This document shows, piece after piece, positions 8,761-18,675 of a stretch of DNA of 64,000 nucleotides (position 1 is its first letter; the number at the start of each line of letters is the position of its first letter). A model generated the notes under the pieces. It was not told the DNA's origin. It ran no database searches and saw only the letters and a list, made by a program, of their open reading frames with translations. A program made the position numbers and the translations under genes. This DNA comes from Candidatus Krumholzibacteriia bacterium (GTDB lineage: Bacteria > Krumholzibacteriota > Krumholzibacteriia > LZORAL124-64-63): assembly GCA_050174015.1 (NCBI GenBank), contig JBFXKG010000006.1, forward strand, positions 157,219 to 221,218, given 5' to 3'.

Positions 8761-10572
8761 ATGTCCATCCAGACCATCCCCGAATTGTTCCTGGCCGCCG
8801 TCCGGGAATTTCCCCGCCCGGACTGTTTCTCCTACCGGGACCGGGGCGGCCAGTTCGTGGACGTCTCCAGCGAGGAAGCCCTCCGCCGGGTCAAGGCCCT
8901 GAGGATGGGCCTGAAATCCCTGGGCCTGAAGGTCGGTGACAGGGTCGCACTGCTCTCGGAAAACCGCCTGGAATGGGCTCTGGCGGATCTGGGCAGCCAG
9001 TGCGCAGGCGGGATCACCGTGCCGATCTACCCGACCCTGATGCCGGACACCATCGAGTACATCCTCAAGGACGCCGAACCCGCGGCCATCTTCGTCAGCA
9101 ATGAGGAGCAGGCCCGCAAGATCCACTCCCTGAGGGCGAATCTTCCCTTCCTGCGCGAGGTGATCTCCTTCGAATCCACCGCCCTGCCCGACATGATGAC
9201 CTTCGCCAAACTCCTGCAGATCGGTCAGAATCTCCTGGACCAGAATCCGCCCCCCCCCTCGGACGAATGCGAGCACGTGGACAAGGACAGCCCCTGCAGC
9301 ATCATCTACACCTCGGGGACGACGGGCAATCCCAAGGGGGTCGTGCTGAGCCACTGGAATTTCGTGTCGAACGTCCTGGCCATCCGCAGCATCATCGAGT
9401 TCCTGCCCGACGACCGCTGCCTCTCCTTCCTGCCCCTGAGCCACGTCCTGGAAAGGATGGCGGGGTTCTACAGCACGCTGAGCGCGGGGGTCGGCATCGC
9501 CTACGCCGAGCGAATGGACACCGTCCCGGTGGACATCCTGGACGTCAAGCCCAGCATCCTGATCAGCGTGCCCAGGCTGTACGAGAAAATCTACGCCAAG
9601 GCCATCGCCACCGCCATGGCTGCCGGATTCCCCAAGAAGAACATCTTCTTCTGGGCGCGCCGGCTGGGCATCGACGCCGCCGAGGCCAGGGCCGCCGGCC
9701 GCACCCTCGGCGGCTGGCAGGCCTTCCAGTACAAGGTGGCCGACGCCCTCGTCTTCAAGAAGCTGAGGGCGAAACTCGGAGGGCGGGTGCGGTTCATGGT
9801 CTCCGGGGGCGCCCCGCTGAACGACCGGATCAACAAGTTCTTCAACGGCGCCGGCCTGACCATCCTCGAGGGCTACGGCCTGACCGAGACCTCCCCCGTA
9901 CTCACCTGCAACAACTTCGGCGCCCAGCGGTTCGGCAGCGTCGGCAGGGCCATCCCCGACACGGAGATCCGGATTGCCGAGGACGGCGAAATCCTCGCCC
10001 GGGGGCCCCAGGTCATGCTCGGCTACTACAAGAACGAGGCCGCCACCCGGGAGGTTCTCGCGACCGACGGCTGGTTCGCCACCGGGGACATCGGCCACCT
10101 GGACGGGGACGGCTACCTTTTCATCACCGACCGCAAGAAGGACCTGATCGTGACCGCCGGCGGCAAGAACATCGCGCCGCAACCCATCGAGAACGCCTTC
10201 GTCGCCAACCGCTACGTGTCCCAGGCCGTCATCATCGGCGATCGCCGGCAGTTCCTTTCCGCCCTCATCGTTCCCGATTTCACGACCCTGCGCGACCACA
10301 CCTCGTCCCGGGGGATCGACCTGAGCGGGGACGCCGACCTCATCCGCCATCCCGAGGTGATCGCGCTGTTCGACGACGTCGTCAAGGAGCAGAACCGCAA
10401 CCTCCCCGGCTTCAGCCAGGTCAAGAAGTTCAGCCTGCTGGACCGGGAGTTCACCCTCGAGGGCGGGGAACTCACCCCCACGCTGAAGGTCAAGCGGTTC
10501 GCCATCGCCAAGAAGTACGCGAAGATCATCGACGCCATGTACCCCGGCGACCCTGACCGCGATGCCGACTGA
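8761..10572 (+). CDS. Long-chain fatty acid--CoA ligase (AMP-dependent synthetase)
   Basis: IIYTSGTTGNPKG, EGYGLTET, TGDIG, DRKKDLI. Confidence 0.92.
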   Translation: MSIQTIPELFLAAVREFPRPDCFSYRDRGGQFVDVSSEEALRRVKALRMGLKSLGLKVGDRVALLSENRLEWALADLGSQCAGGITVPIYPTLMPDTIEYILKDAEPAAIFVSNEEQARKIHSLRANLPFLREVISFESTALPDMMTFAKLLQIGQNLLDQNPPPPSDECEHVDKDSPCSIIYTSGTTGNPKGVVLSHWNFVSNVLAIRSIIEFLPDDRCLSFLPLSHVLERMAGFYSTLSAGVGIAYAERMDTVPVDILDVKPSILISVPRLYEKIYAKAIATAMAAGFPKKNIFFWARRLGIDAAEARAAGRTLGGWQAFQYKVADALVFKKLRAKLGGRVRFMVSGGAPLNDRINKFFNGAGLTILEGYGLTETSPVLTCNNFGAQRFGSVGRAIPDTEIRIAEDGEILARGPQVMLGYYKNEAATREVLATDGWFATGDIGHLDGDGYLFITDRKKDLIVTAGGKNIAPQPIENAFVANRYVSQAVIIGDRRQFLSALIVPDFTTLRDHTSSRGIDLSGDADLIRHPEVIALFDDVVKEQNRNLPGFSQVKKFSLLDREFTLEGGELTPTLKVKRFAIAKKYAKIIDAMYPGDPDRDAD

Positions 10573-10596
10573 GGGAAGTGAAGCTGCGGCGCTGAC

Positions 10597-11547
10597 ATGA
10601 GTACCACCGGCGAGGCGAAGCGGGCCTGGGTATTCCGGCCCTTCGGCTGCACCGTCATCGGGTTGGCGGGCAATGCGGTCCTGTCGGCTGGCAAACTCGT
10701 CGTCGGCCTGGTCGCAGGTTCCACCGCCCTGGTCGCCGACGCCTTCCACAGCATCGCCGACGTGCTGAGCGACATCGGCATCCTGCTGGCCCTCAAGGCC
10801 GCCAACCGCCCCCCGGACGCCAACCATCCCTACGGCCACCACAGCTTCGAGACCCTCGGCGCCGTCCTGGTGGCCGCGTTCATGCTCCTGACCGCCTTCT
10901 TCATCGGGCGCAGCGCCGTCACCGACGTCCTCGCGGGCCGGCACGCCGCTCCCGACCTGATCGCCCTGTGGGCCTCGCTGGTCTCGGTGGCCGCCAAGGA
11001 GGTCATGGCGCGGTACACCATCCTTGTCGGCCGCCGGCACCACAGCCCCGCCCTGCTGGCCAACGGCGCCATGCATCGCAGCGACGCCATCAGTTCCGTG
11101 GCGGCAGCCGTCGGCATCGGGGGGGCCGTCGTCGGCTGGCCCATCCTCGACAGCATCGCCGCCTTGGTGATCGCCCTGTTCATCACGAAGATGGGCTGGG
11201 ATCTGCTGCGCGAGAACGTGATGGTCCTGCTGGACACCATGCCCGATGCGGCCCTGGTGGAGGCCATCGCCAGATCGGCCGACGGGGTCGAATGCGTCCA
11301 GGAGGTCAGGGACCTGAAGGTCCGCCAGCGGGGATCATGGTACCTGGCCGACCTGCGGATCGCCATCCACCCCCTCCACACCATCGAGACGGCGCACGAC
11401 ATCGCCCACCGGGTCGAGGACGAGGTGAGGACCGGGGTTCCCCACGTGGCCCGGGTCTTCGTCCACGTCGAACCGGGAGACGGTTCGGAGGAACACCGCT
11501 GCCCCCGGCTCACTCCCGATCGGCGCGATCACCCAGAACGACCGTGA
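10597..11547 (+). CDS. Cation diffusion facilitator family transporter
   Basis: ALVADAFHSIAD, HPYGH, HRSD, C-terminal dimerisation domain HVEP. Confidence 0.92.
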   Translation: MSTTGEAKRAWVFRPFGCTVIGLAGNAVLSAGKLVVGLVAGSTALVADAFHSIADVLSDIGILLALKAANRPPDANHPYGHHSFETLGAVLVAAFMLLTAFFIGRSAVTDVLAGRHAAPDLIALWASLVSVAAKEVMARYTILVGRRHHSPALLANGAMHRSDAISSVAAAVGIGGAVVGWPILDSIAALVIALFITKMGWDLLRENVMVLLDTMPDAALVEAIARSADGVECVQEVRDLKVRQRGSWYLADLRIAIHPLHTIETAHDIAHRVEDEVRTGVPHVARVFVHVEPGDGSEEHRCPRLTPDRRDHPERP

Positions 11548-12790
11548 AGTTCAGGGTCTGGCCCCGGCGCACGACCTCCAGCTCCACCAGATCGCCCGGA
11601 TCATGGGCGCGCAGGGCGGTGGTGAAGGTCGCCAGATCGGCGACCGGATGGGACCCCATGCGCACCAGCAGATCCCCTTTCTCCAGCCCGCAACGGGCGG
11701 CGGGGCTGTCGTCGAACACGCCGGCCAGGAGATACCCCCTGACCTCCTCGGTGAAGTCCGGCAGGGTGCCCAGCCAGGTGGCGCGGTTGGATCCGGCGCC
11801 GCTCTCCCCGTCATCCCGGAGGTTCCTCTCGGCCACCATCACCCACACGAGGGGTCCGGGATAGGCGCGCAGCGACGCCAGCAACCTGTCCGTGTAGGCG
11901 GTGACCGCGGCGACGGAGCCCGGATCGACGGTGTCCCAGGTATCGGCCGGTCGGTTGTACTGGGGGTACGGGCCTCCGAAGACAAAGAGGACGGGGACCT
12001 CCCTCGTGTTGAAGGACATGTGGTCGCTGCCGGACCAGCCCCCCCTGGCAAGGGACAGCGTCAGTCCTCCGGTGTTCGCGGCCCGGGCCAGTTCCTCCAG
12101 GCCCGCGGCCGTACCCACGCCGCTGACGTAGATCTTGCGATCGGTGAGTTGCCCGATGGTGTCCAGGTTGATCATGGCGTCGATGCTGTCGAGGGCCACG
12201 GGCATGGCCCGCACCATGGCCGCGGAACCCTGGAGGCCCACCTCCTCGGCGTCGAAGGCGACGAAGATGACGCTGCGCCTGCCCCGGCCGCCGTCGCCGT
12301 GGCTGCGGGCCGACTCCATCAGGGTGCGCAGGACGGCCACGCCCGCGGCGTTGTCGTTCGCTCCGGGGTAGTAGTCCTCGGGGCCCGGCAGACCCGTCGC
12401 GCCCGCGGGGTCCACCAGACCCAGGTGGTCGAAGTGGGCGCCGATGACGATGAACCGCCCGGCGAGGGCGCCGTCTCCCGGCAGGATTCCGGCGACGTTG
12501 CGCCCGGTCCCTCCCTCCAGCCGCTGGCCGGCCCAGCCCTCTCCCTGCAGGGGGAACTCCTGGAACCATCCGCCCGCGAAGGCGGGCTGCAGGCCGGCGG
12601 AAGACATCCAGACCGCCACCGAATCGGCGGCGGCCCGTCCCCCGGCGGAGCCCGCGCCCCGACCGGCCATTTCAGGCCGGGTCAGGATCCTGATCGTCTC
12701 CAGGGGGTCGGAGGCTGCCCGAGCGCCAGGGCCGGACCGGACCACGAGCAGGGCGGCCGCCAGGAGGAACGGGAGGATACGGATCGTCAC
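11510..12790 (-). CDS. Secreted M28-family metallopeptidase with C-terminal PDZ domain
   Basis: Signal peptide, GAHFDHLG, GANDNAAG, AEEVGL, SDH, PDZ (SPAARCGLEKGD); GTG start with GAGGAGG RBS. Confidence 0.88.
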   Translation of the reverse strand: MTIRILPFLLAAALLVVRSGPGARAASDPLETIRILTRPEMAGRGAGSAGGRAAADSVAVWMSSAGLQPAFAGGWFQEFPLQGEGWAGQRLEGGTGRNVAGILPGDGALAGRFIVIGAHFDHLGLVDPAGATGLPGPEDYYPGANDNAAGVAVLRTLMESARSHGDGGRGRRSVIFVAFDAEEVGLQGSAAMVRAMPVALDSIDAMINLDTIGQLTDRKIYVSGVGTAAGLEELARAANTGGLTLSLARGGWSGSDHMSFNTREVPVLFVFGGPYPQYNRPADTWDTVDPGSVAAVTAYTDRLLASLRAYPGPLVWVMVAERNLRDDGESGAGSNRATWLGTLPDFTEEVRGYLLAGVFDDSPAARCGLEKGDLLVRMGSHPVADLATFTTALRAHDPGDLVELEVVRRGQTLNFTVVLGDRADRE

Positions 12791-13494
12791 GGTGTCCCTC
12801 CTCGGGGCAGAACGGCGGAAAAAACGGGCCGGGCGCTGCAATGCCCGGCGAAAACCTCGCCGAACCGATCGGCATGGGCGGCCATGACGACCGGATCGAA
12901 TCCCCCGTCGGCCATGATCACCGCCAGGACGGCGCGGGCGTCCACCTCGACGCTGGTCCGGTCGGAATCGCTGGTGGGCGAACCGAAAGGGCCCCGGGCG
13001 TCGAACAGGCCGATGCGCCCGCCCAGGTTGACCGGGCCCTTGCGGATGCCGGGATAGGATTCCCCGTCCCTTCCGACCCGCAGGACGACGTCCCCCTCCA
13101 CCTTGTCCAGATCGTACATGCCGATGGGCAGGACGAAGGAGAGCGAGGCCAGGTTGCAGGCGTCCACGGCGCTGTTGATCCGGTACAGCTCGTCCCCCTT
13201 GAGTACGCGGCGCAGCAGGGCCTCGCTGCTGGGCCGGTGGCGCGAGGGATCCATGCCGAAGGCCTTGTAGAGGGCCCGGGCCGGCGCCAGGGCGGGGATT
13301 TCCGACGGCGGCAGGCCGCGATACCGGTCGCGCAGTCCGGGCGCCAGGGCGGCCGTCTCCGCGGCGGCGCCGCCTGACCCGTCCACCCGGACGTCCTGAA
13401 GGACGACCACCCCGCAGAGGATGCGGTCGGCGGCGTCCTCGTCCACCACGAAGGTCCGTCCGTCAGGAAGCCGGCATTCCCGCACCCGGGTCAC
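12787..13494 (-). CDS. Stand-alone B3/B4 domain protein (PheT-related)
   Basis: RPSSEALLRR, INSAVDACN, PIGMYDLDK; GTGA overlap with the rfbB stop. Confidence 0.85.
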   Translation of the reverse strand: MTRVRECRLPDGRTFVVDEDAADRILCGVVVLQDVRVDGSGGAAAETAALAPGLRDRYRGLPPSEIPALAPARALYKAFGMDPSRHRPSSEALLRRVLKGDELYRINSAVDACNLASLSFVLPIGMYDLDKVEGDVVLRVGRDGESYPGIRKGPVNLGGRIGLFDARGPFGSPTSDSDRTSVEVDARAVLAVIMADGGFDPVVMAAHADRFGEVFAGHCSARPVFSAVLPRGGTP

Positions 13495-14528
13495 TTCCGG
13501 TTCCCCTCCCGTCCGTAACGGCCTCCGGCTCCGTAGAGGCTCTCGTAATAGGCGGTGTACCGGCCGCTGCGGACCTGCTCCAGCCAGGCCGTGTTGGCGA
13601 GGTACCACTCGATCGTCTCGGACAGCCCCTCGGCGAAGGTCACCGTGGGCGCCCAGCCGAGTTCGGCCATGACCTTCCCGGCGTCGATGGCGTATCGCCG
13701 GTCGTGGCCGGGCCGGTCGGGCACGAAGGTGATCAGGTCCCGGCTCCTGCCGAGCCGGTCGACCAGCAGCCGCACCAGGTCCAGGTTCTTCAGCTCGTTG
13801 CAGCCGCCGATGTTGTAGATCCCGCCGGGAGTGCCCCGCCGCAGCACCAGGTCCACCGCCCGGCAGTGATCGCGGACGTGGAGCCAGTCCCGGACGTTCT
13901 GACCGTCGCCGTAGACGGGCAGGGGCCTGTCCTCCAGGGCGTTGGCGATCATCAGGGGAATGAGCTTCTCGGGAAACTGGTAGGGCCCGTAGTTGTTGCT
14001 GCAGCGGGTGATCAGGACCGGAAAACCGAAGGTCTTGAAGAACGCCCGGCAGAGCAGATCGGCCGCCGCCTTGCTGGCCGAGTAGGGGGAATTCGGCGCG
14101 AGAGGCGTCGTCTCGGTGAAGGCGCCCTCGGGTCCCAGGGACCCGTAGACCTCGTCGGTGGAGACCATGACGAACCGACCGACGCCTGCCGCCCGGGATT
14201 CCTCGAGCAGGATCTCCGTTCCCAGGACGTTGGTGGTGACGAAGACCTCGGGCCCCTCCACCGAGCGGTCCACGTGGCTCTCCGCCGCGAAGTGGACCAC
14301 GGCCTCGATCCGGTGTCCGGTCAGGGCGGCCCGGACCTGGGACCGGTCCCGGACGTCCCCCCGGACGAACCGGTAGCGGGGATCCTCCTCGCAGCCTGCG
14401 AGATTGCCGAGATTGCCCGCATAGGTCAGCAGGTCGAAGTTGACCACGACGTCGTCCGAACCTTCGAGCAGGAGGCGGATGAAGTTGGAGCCGATGAATC
14501 CCGCTCCCCCGGTGACCAGGATGTTCAT
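13491..14528 (-). CDS. rfbB: dTDP-glucose 4,6-dehydratase
   Basis: GGAGFIGSN, AAESHVDRS, STDEVYG, YSASK, RPGHDRRY. Confidence 0.96.
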   Translation of the reverse strand: MNILVTGGAGFIGSNFIRLLLEGSDDVVVNFDLLTYAGNLGNLAGCEEDPRYRFVRGDVRDRSQVRAALTGHRIEAVVHFAAESHVDRSVEGPEVFVTTNVLGTEILLEESRAAGVGRFVMVSTDEVYGSLGPEGAFTETTPLAPNSPYSASKAAADLLCRAFFKTFGFPVLITRCSNNYGPYQFPEKLIPLMIANALEDRPLPVYGDGQNVRDWLHVRDHCRAVDLVLRRGTPGGIYNIGGCNELKNLDLVRLLVDRLGRSRDLITFVPDRPGHDRRYAIDAGKVMAELGWAPTVTFAEGLSETIEWYLANTAWLEQVRSGRYTAYYESLYGAGGRYGREGNRK

Positions 14529-15361
14529 GCTGCGCCTTTCCCGCCCCGGGCTTGCGCCAGGGCGTCGACCAGTCGTCGGGTCAGGTCTCTGGAAATCACG
14601 GAGCCGGCCTCGGCGGTCGTCTCCTTGAGGGACGACCCCACGATGAAGCCGTCGGCCGCCGGGACGAAGCGGCCGACCGAGGCGGCCGTCACCCCGCTGC
14701 CGACCAGGACCGGACAACCCGGCAGGGCCGCTCGGACGGCGGCGACCTCGGCCGGATCGGTCCCGCTGCCGGTGGCGGCGCCGGTCACGATGACCGCGTC
14801 CGCGAGCCCGCGCAGGCGCAGATCCCGGGCCTCCTCGGCCAGGGGCCGCTCCACCAGCGGCCGGGCGTGCTTGACCCGCACGTCCGCCAGAATGCCCACC
14901 TCGGCGCCCAGTTCCCGCCGCAGGCGCAGGGTCCGCCAGGCCTCGCCGGTCAGGGGGCCCTGATCGGTGGCGGCGGCCCCCACGTGAACGTTCACCCGGA
15001 TGAACCGGGCCCCGGTGACGGCGGCCACGGCGAGGGCGGCCCCGGCGTCGTTGCGCAGCACGTTGATCCCCAGGGGAATGGCGGGATGCCGCCGCCGGAC
15101 CGCGCCGGCGAGCTCCGTCATGGCGGCGATGGTGATGGGCGGCACCCTGTCGGGGTGGAAGGGCACGTCGTGGTAGTTCTCCAGCATCAGGGCTCCGGCG
15201 CCGCCGGCGACGAGGTTGTCGGCGTCGGCCAGGGCCGCCTCCCCGACCGCGGCCAGGGAGCCCTCCCAGGCCGGAGATCCGGGCAGGGCCCGGAGGTGGA
15301 TCATGCCGATCAGCCCGCCGGGGCAGAGGCGGTGGAAATCATCCTGGGTCCACGTGGTCAT
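14525..15361 (-). CDS. BtpA/SgcQ family protein
   Basis: GMIHLRALPGSP, EN..D.PF, GINVLRND, ADVRVKH, VTGAATG. Confidence 0.9.
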   Translation of the reverse strand: MTTWTQDDFHRLCPGGLIGMIHLRALPGSPAWEGSLAAVGEAALADADNLVAGGAGALMLENYHDVPFHPDRVPPITIAAMTELAGAVRRRHPAIPLGINVLRNDAGAALAVAAVTGARFIRVNVHVGAAATDQGPLTGEAWRTLRLRRELGAEVGILADVRVKHARPLVERPLAEEARDLRLRGLADAVIVTGAATGSGTDPAEVAAVRAALPGCPVLVGSGVTAASVGRFVPAADGFIVGSSLKETTAEAGSVISRDLTRRLVDALAQARGGKGAA

Positions 15362-15488
15362 CCGGGCATCTCCTCGGGAAACGGGCCTGCCGGCAGGGAT
15401 CCGGGCCAGGTTGCACTGGCTCCTGGCGCTGCGGGCATGTTAGGATAAATTAGAATCCCGTGCAGATAAAACCAGGAATGGGGACGCC

Positions 15489-16094
15489 ATGCATATTTTC
15501 AACGGCAAGGGCGGCTGGATCGAGGTGATCTGCGGTCCCATGTTCAGCGGCAAGAGCGAGGAGCTGATCAAGCGCATCCGCCGCGCCCAGATCGCCCGCC
15601 GCAGGGTCCAGATCTTCAAGCACGGCATCGACGCCCGCTACGACGCCACCGACATCGTCTCGCACAGCCAGCAGAAGCTGCCCGGCATCGCCGTGACCGT
15701 GGTGACCGACATCCTGGAGATGGTGGACGACCGCACCGAACTGGTCGCCATCGACGAGGGCCAGTTCTTCAGCCAGGACCTGGTCGACGTGGCCAACAAG
15801 CTGGCCAACCTGGGCAAGCGCGTGATCGTGGCGGGACTCGACATGGATTACCGCGGCAAGCCCTTCGGCCCCATGCCCGCCCTGATGTGCAGCGCGGAAT
15901 ACGTGACCAAGCAGCTGGCCATCTGCATGACCTGCGGGGATCCGGCGAACTTCACGCAGCGGCTGACCGCATCCAAGGACCAGATCGTCGTCGGCGCCTC
16001 CGAGACCTACGAGGCCCGCTGCCGCCAGCACTTCGAACCGCCCCACGAGGAGACGGCCGGGCCGGCAGCGCAGGCGGTCGCCCGGGACGGCTGA
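15489..16094 (+). CDS. tdk: Thymidine kinase
   Basis: [14 protein letters not shown], CxxC ... YEARCRQH. Confidence 0.96.
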   Translation: MHIFNGKGGWIEVICGPMFSGKSEELIKRIRRAQIARRRVQIFKHGIDARYDATDIVSHSQQKLPGIAVTVVTDILEMVDDRTELVAIDEGQFFSQDLVDVANKLANLGKRVIVAGLDMDYRGKPFGPMPALMCSAEYVTKQLAICMTCGDPANFTQRLTASKDQIVVGASETYEARCRQHFEPPHEETAGPAAQAVARDG

Positions 16095-16118
16095 CGGCGT
16101 TCCCGGACGGGTCGGCAC

Positions 16119-18056
16119 TCAGTTGAAGAAGTGGGGATCGATGGTCAGCTCGGCCGCCTGGCGCCTCAGCTTGGCGATGGTGCCCGGACCGAAGCCCAGG
16201 AACCGGGCCGCCGCGCTGGGCTCCTCCAGCTCGGCCTCCTGGTCCGGTCCCGCCTTGGCCGCTTCGCCTTCTTCCGCCCCGCTGCACCAGGCCACTTCCT
16301 CCCCCAGGGCGATCATCGCCGCGACCCGGGCGTTCCTGGCGTCCGGATGCTCGAACCGGTGATGCCAGAGCACGGCCTCCTCGAGTTCCTGGCTGAGGTT
16401 CCATTCCCTGATCAGCAGAGCCCCCAGTTCGCCGTGATCGAACCCGAGGATGCGCCGTTCGATGGAGTGGTAGGGCTGACGGGTGTTGGTGGATTCCATC
16501 AGGATCTCCTGGAAGAGTTCCGGATGGTTGCGCGCCAGGACCAGCTGCCCGATGTTCTGCATGAGCCCGCCGATGAACACGCTGTCGGCGTCCATGCGTC
16601 CTGCGGCCTGGGCGACCAGCTGGCCGGCCATGGCCGACAGCACCGATTGCTTCCAGATCTTCCGGTAAAGGAGGCCTGCGCCGGGGGCCAGGAACACGGA
16701 CCGGGCCGCGGTCACCAGGGTCCAGTTGCGGATGGCCACGAAACCCAGCCGCACGATGGCCTCGCTGACGGTCTTGATCTCCCGGACCGCCCCGTAGAAC
16801 GGGCTGTTGGCGATGCGCAGGACCTTGGCCGTGAGGGCCTGGTCCATGGCCAGGGCCTTTTCCAGGCTCGTGGCGGTGGTCTTCGGGTCCTCGATGACCG
16901 CCATGATGTGGCAGGCCGCCTTGGGCAGGGCGGGCAGTTCGCCGCTCTGTCTCAGGACGTCGTGCGGGGTCAGGGGCTTGCCGCCCGGGCCCAGGGGATC
17001 CCACTGGGGGGTCTCGGGCAGGGCCGCGGAGGATTGGTAGTCCTCGGTCCCGGTCTCGGTGGCGCAGGCCATGCGTCCGCCGGCCTGGACCGGAACGCCC
17101 TGGGGCCCCGCTTCCGGTTCCGGCTCCGGTGCCGACGCCGGCCGATGCGTGGCCGTGTGGGGAGCGATCTCCCGGAACGGATCAGGCTCCCAGGTCGACC
17201 CCGCCGGCGGAACCACCTTCGGGGGACGGACGAACGTCAGGCCCTCCTCCTGGTTACCCTGCGGCTCGGGGGTGGATTCCCCGGCGACGTCGCCGGAAGG
17301 ATGATCGTCGCCCTGTTCGCGGGGCTGGACACGGGACCGGTCGCGGTCGCGCTCGCGGCGCCGGGCCATTTCCTCCCTCCGCAGGGACGCCACCCGGCCC
17401 TGGCGGACCTTCTCTCCCTTCCCCAGCAGGCACATGCGCGCCAGGGCGTACCGGGCCAGGGTCTCCGCCACGGCGAACTCGGCCGCCTGATGGTCCCCGG
17501 CGTCGATGTAGAGGAAGGTGTTCCAGTGGTTCTGGCTGTGCAGGGGCAGGATGATGATCTGGCGTTCCCGGCTGTTCCTGCCCAGCATCAGGGTCAGGTC
17601 CAGGGGGAAGTTCTTCGTGGGGACGGGCCCCGCGTAGACGTTGATCTCCTCCCCGACCGCGGCGAAGATGTCCGTCTTCGAGACGGGAATGGGCGCCCGG
17701 CCGTCCGGCCGCTTCCGCCTGGCCTCCTCCGGGAGGTTGAGCCCCTCCTCGACGTAGACCTGGAGCCCGCTGGTCCAGCGCTTGAGCAGGAGGAGCCGCA
17801 GTCCGGTCTCCCGGACGAACTTGACGAAGAACCCCGGGACTTCCTTGGTGCTCTGGAGGTGGGTCAGGTCGGACATGCCCTGGCTCAACCGGGCCATGAG
17901 CTTCAGGTCGCCGGCCGGAACCCCCTGGGGGGCGGCAGCCTGCTCCGGGCCCGGCGCAGCCGGAACGGCGGCGGGGTCGGTCAGTTCCCGGACACGGGTC
18001 TGGAGACGATCCAGTGTCGTCAGGATGTCCTGGAGCTCCGGGGTGCTGGTGGCCAA
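16119..18056 (-). CDS. HDOD domain protein with unassigned N-terminal domain and Pro-rich linker
   Basis: LPALP...DQALTAKVLRIANSPFYG...AIVRLG, GFDHGELGA. Confidence 0.85.
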   Translation of the reverse strand: MATSTPELQDILTTLDRLQTRVRELTDPAAVPAAPGPEQAAAPQGVPAGDLKLMARLSQGMSDLTHLQSTKEVPGFFVKFVRETGLRLLLLKRWTSGLQVYVEEGLNLPEEARRKRPDGRAPIPVSKTDIFAAVGEEINVYAGPVPTKNFPLDLTLMLGRNSRERQIIILPLHSQNHWNTFLYIDAGDHQAAEFAVAETLARYALARMCLLGKGEKVRQGRVASLRREEMARRRERDRDRSRVQPREQGDDHPSGDVAGESTPEPQGNQEEGLTFVRPPKVVPPAGSTWEPDPFREIAPHTATHRPASAPEPEPEAGPQGVPVQAGGRMACATETGTEDYQSSAALPETPQWDPLGPGGKPLTPHDVLRQSGELPALPKAACHIMAVIEDPKTTATSLEKALAMDQALTAKVLRIANSPFYGAVREIKTVSEAIVRLGFVAIRNWTLVTAARSVFLAPGAGLLYRKIWKQSVLSAMAGQLVAQAAGRMDADSVFIGGLMQNIGQLVLARNHPELFQEILMESTNTRQPYHSIERRILGFDHGELGALLIREWNLSQELEEAVLWHHRFEHPDARNARVAAMIALGEEVAWCSGAEEGEAAKAGPDQEAELEEPSAAARFLGFGPGTIAKLRRQAAELTIDPHFFN

Positions 18057-18247
18057 GGCTTTCCTCTCGGATCTGGGCCGGTCCGGTGGCCGGCGGCTTT
18101 CCGATTGCAGGGGGACGCTCCCCTTGCTTCGGCAGAATGCACGATCGGTTGACGGTTATTTCCCCGCGAACCGTCCCCAGGTTGCGCCAGGCGCGATCTC
18201 GGGCTTATCATGGCCATGCCATGCAACTGCCGGACCAATAACCGGGG

Positions 18248-18613
18248 ATGGGGATCTCTTTGCGGATCACGAAAGCCTTCACCTTCGATGCCGCCCACTG
18301 GCTGCCCAACGTGCCCGAGGGGCACAAGTGCAAGCGTCTGCACGGCCACACCTACGGGGTGACCCTGGCCGTCGAGGGCCCGCTGGACCAGGCCAAGGGC
18401 TGGGTCCTGGATTACGGGGAGATCAAGGCGGCCTTCGCTCCCCTGCTCAAGAAGCTGGACCACCACTGCCTGAATGAAATCGAGGGGCTGGAGAATCCCA
18501 CCGCGGAGGTCCTGGCCGGCTGGATCTACCGGGAGTTGAAGCCGGTCCTCCCCCTTCTCGAAGAGGTCGCCGTCCGGGAAACCCCCACGACCGAGGCGGT
18601 CTTCCGACCCTGA
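18248..18613 (+). CDS. queD: 6-carboxytetrahydropterin synthase
   Basis: FDAAH, CKRLHGH, LDH, NPTAE, ETP. Confidence 0.93.
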   Translation: MGISLRITKAFTFDAAHWLPNVPEGHKCKRLHGHTYGVTLAVEGPLDQAKGWVLDYGEIKAAFAPLLKKLDHHCLNEIEGLENPTAEVLAGWIYRELKPVLPLLEEVAVRETPTTEAVFRP

Positions 18614-18675
18614 GCCGTGCCGTTCAGCCCGGACCATGCAGAACCTGACGTCCGTTGCGGGCTGGATGGCCCGGT

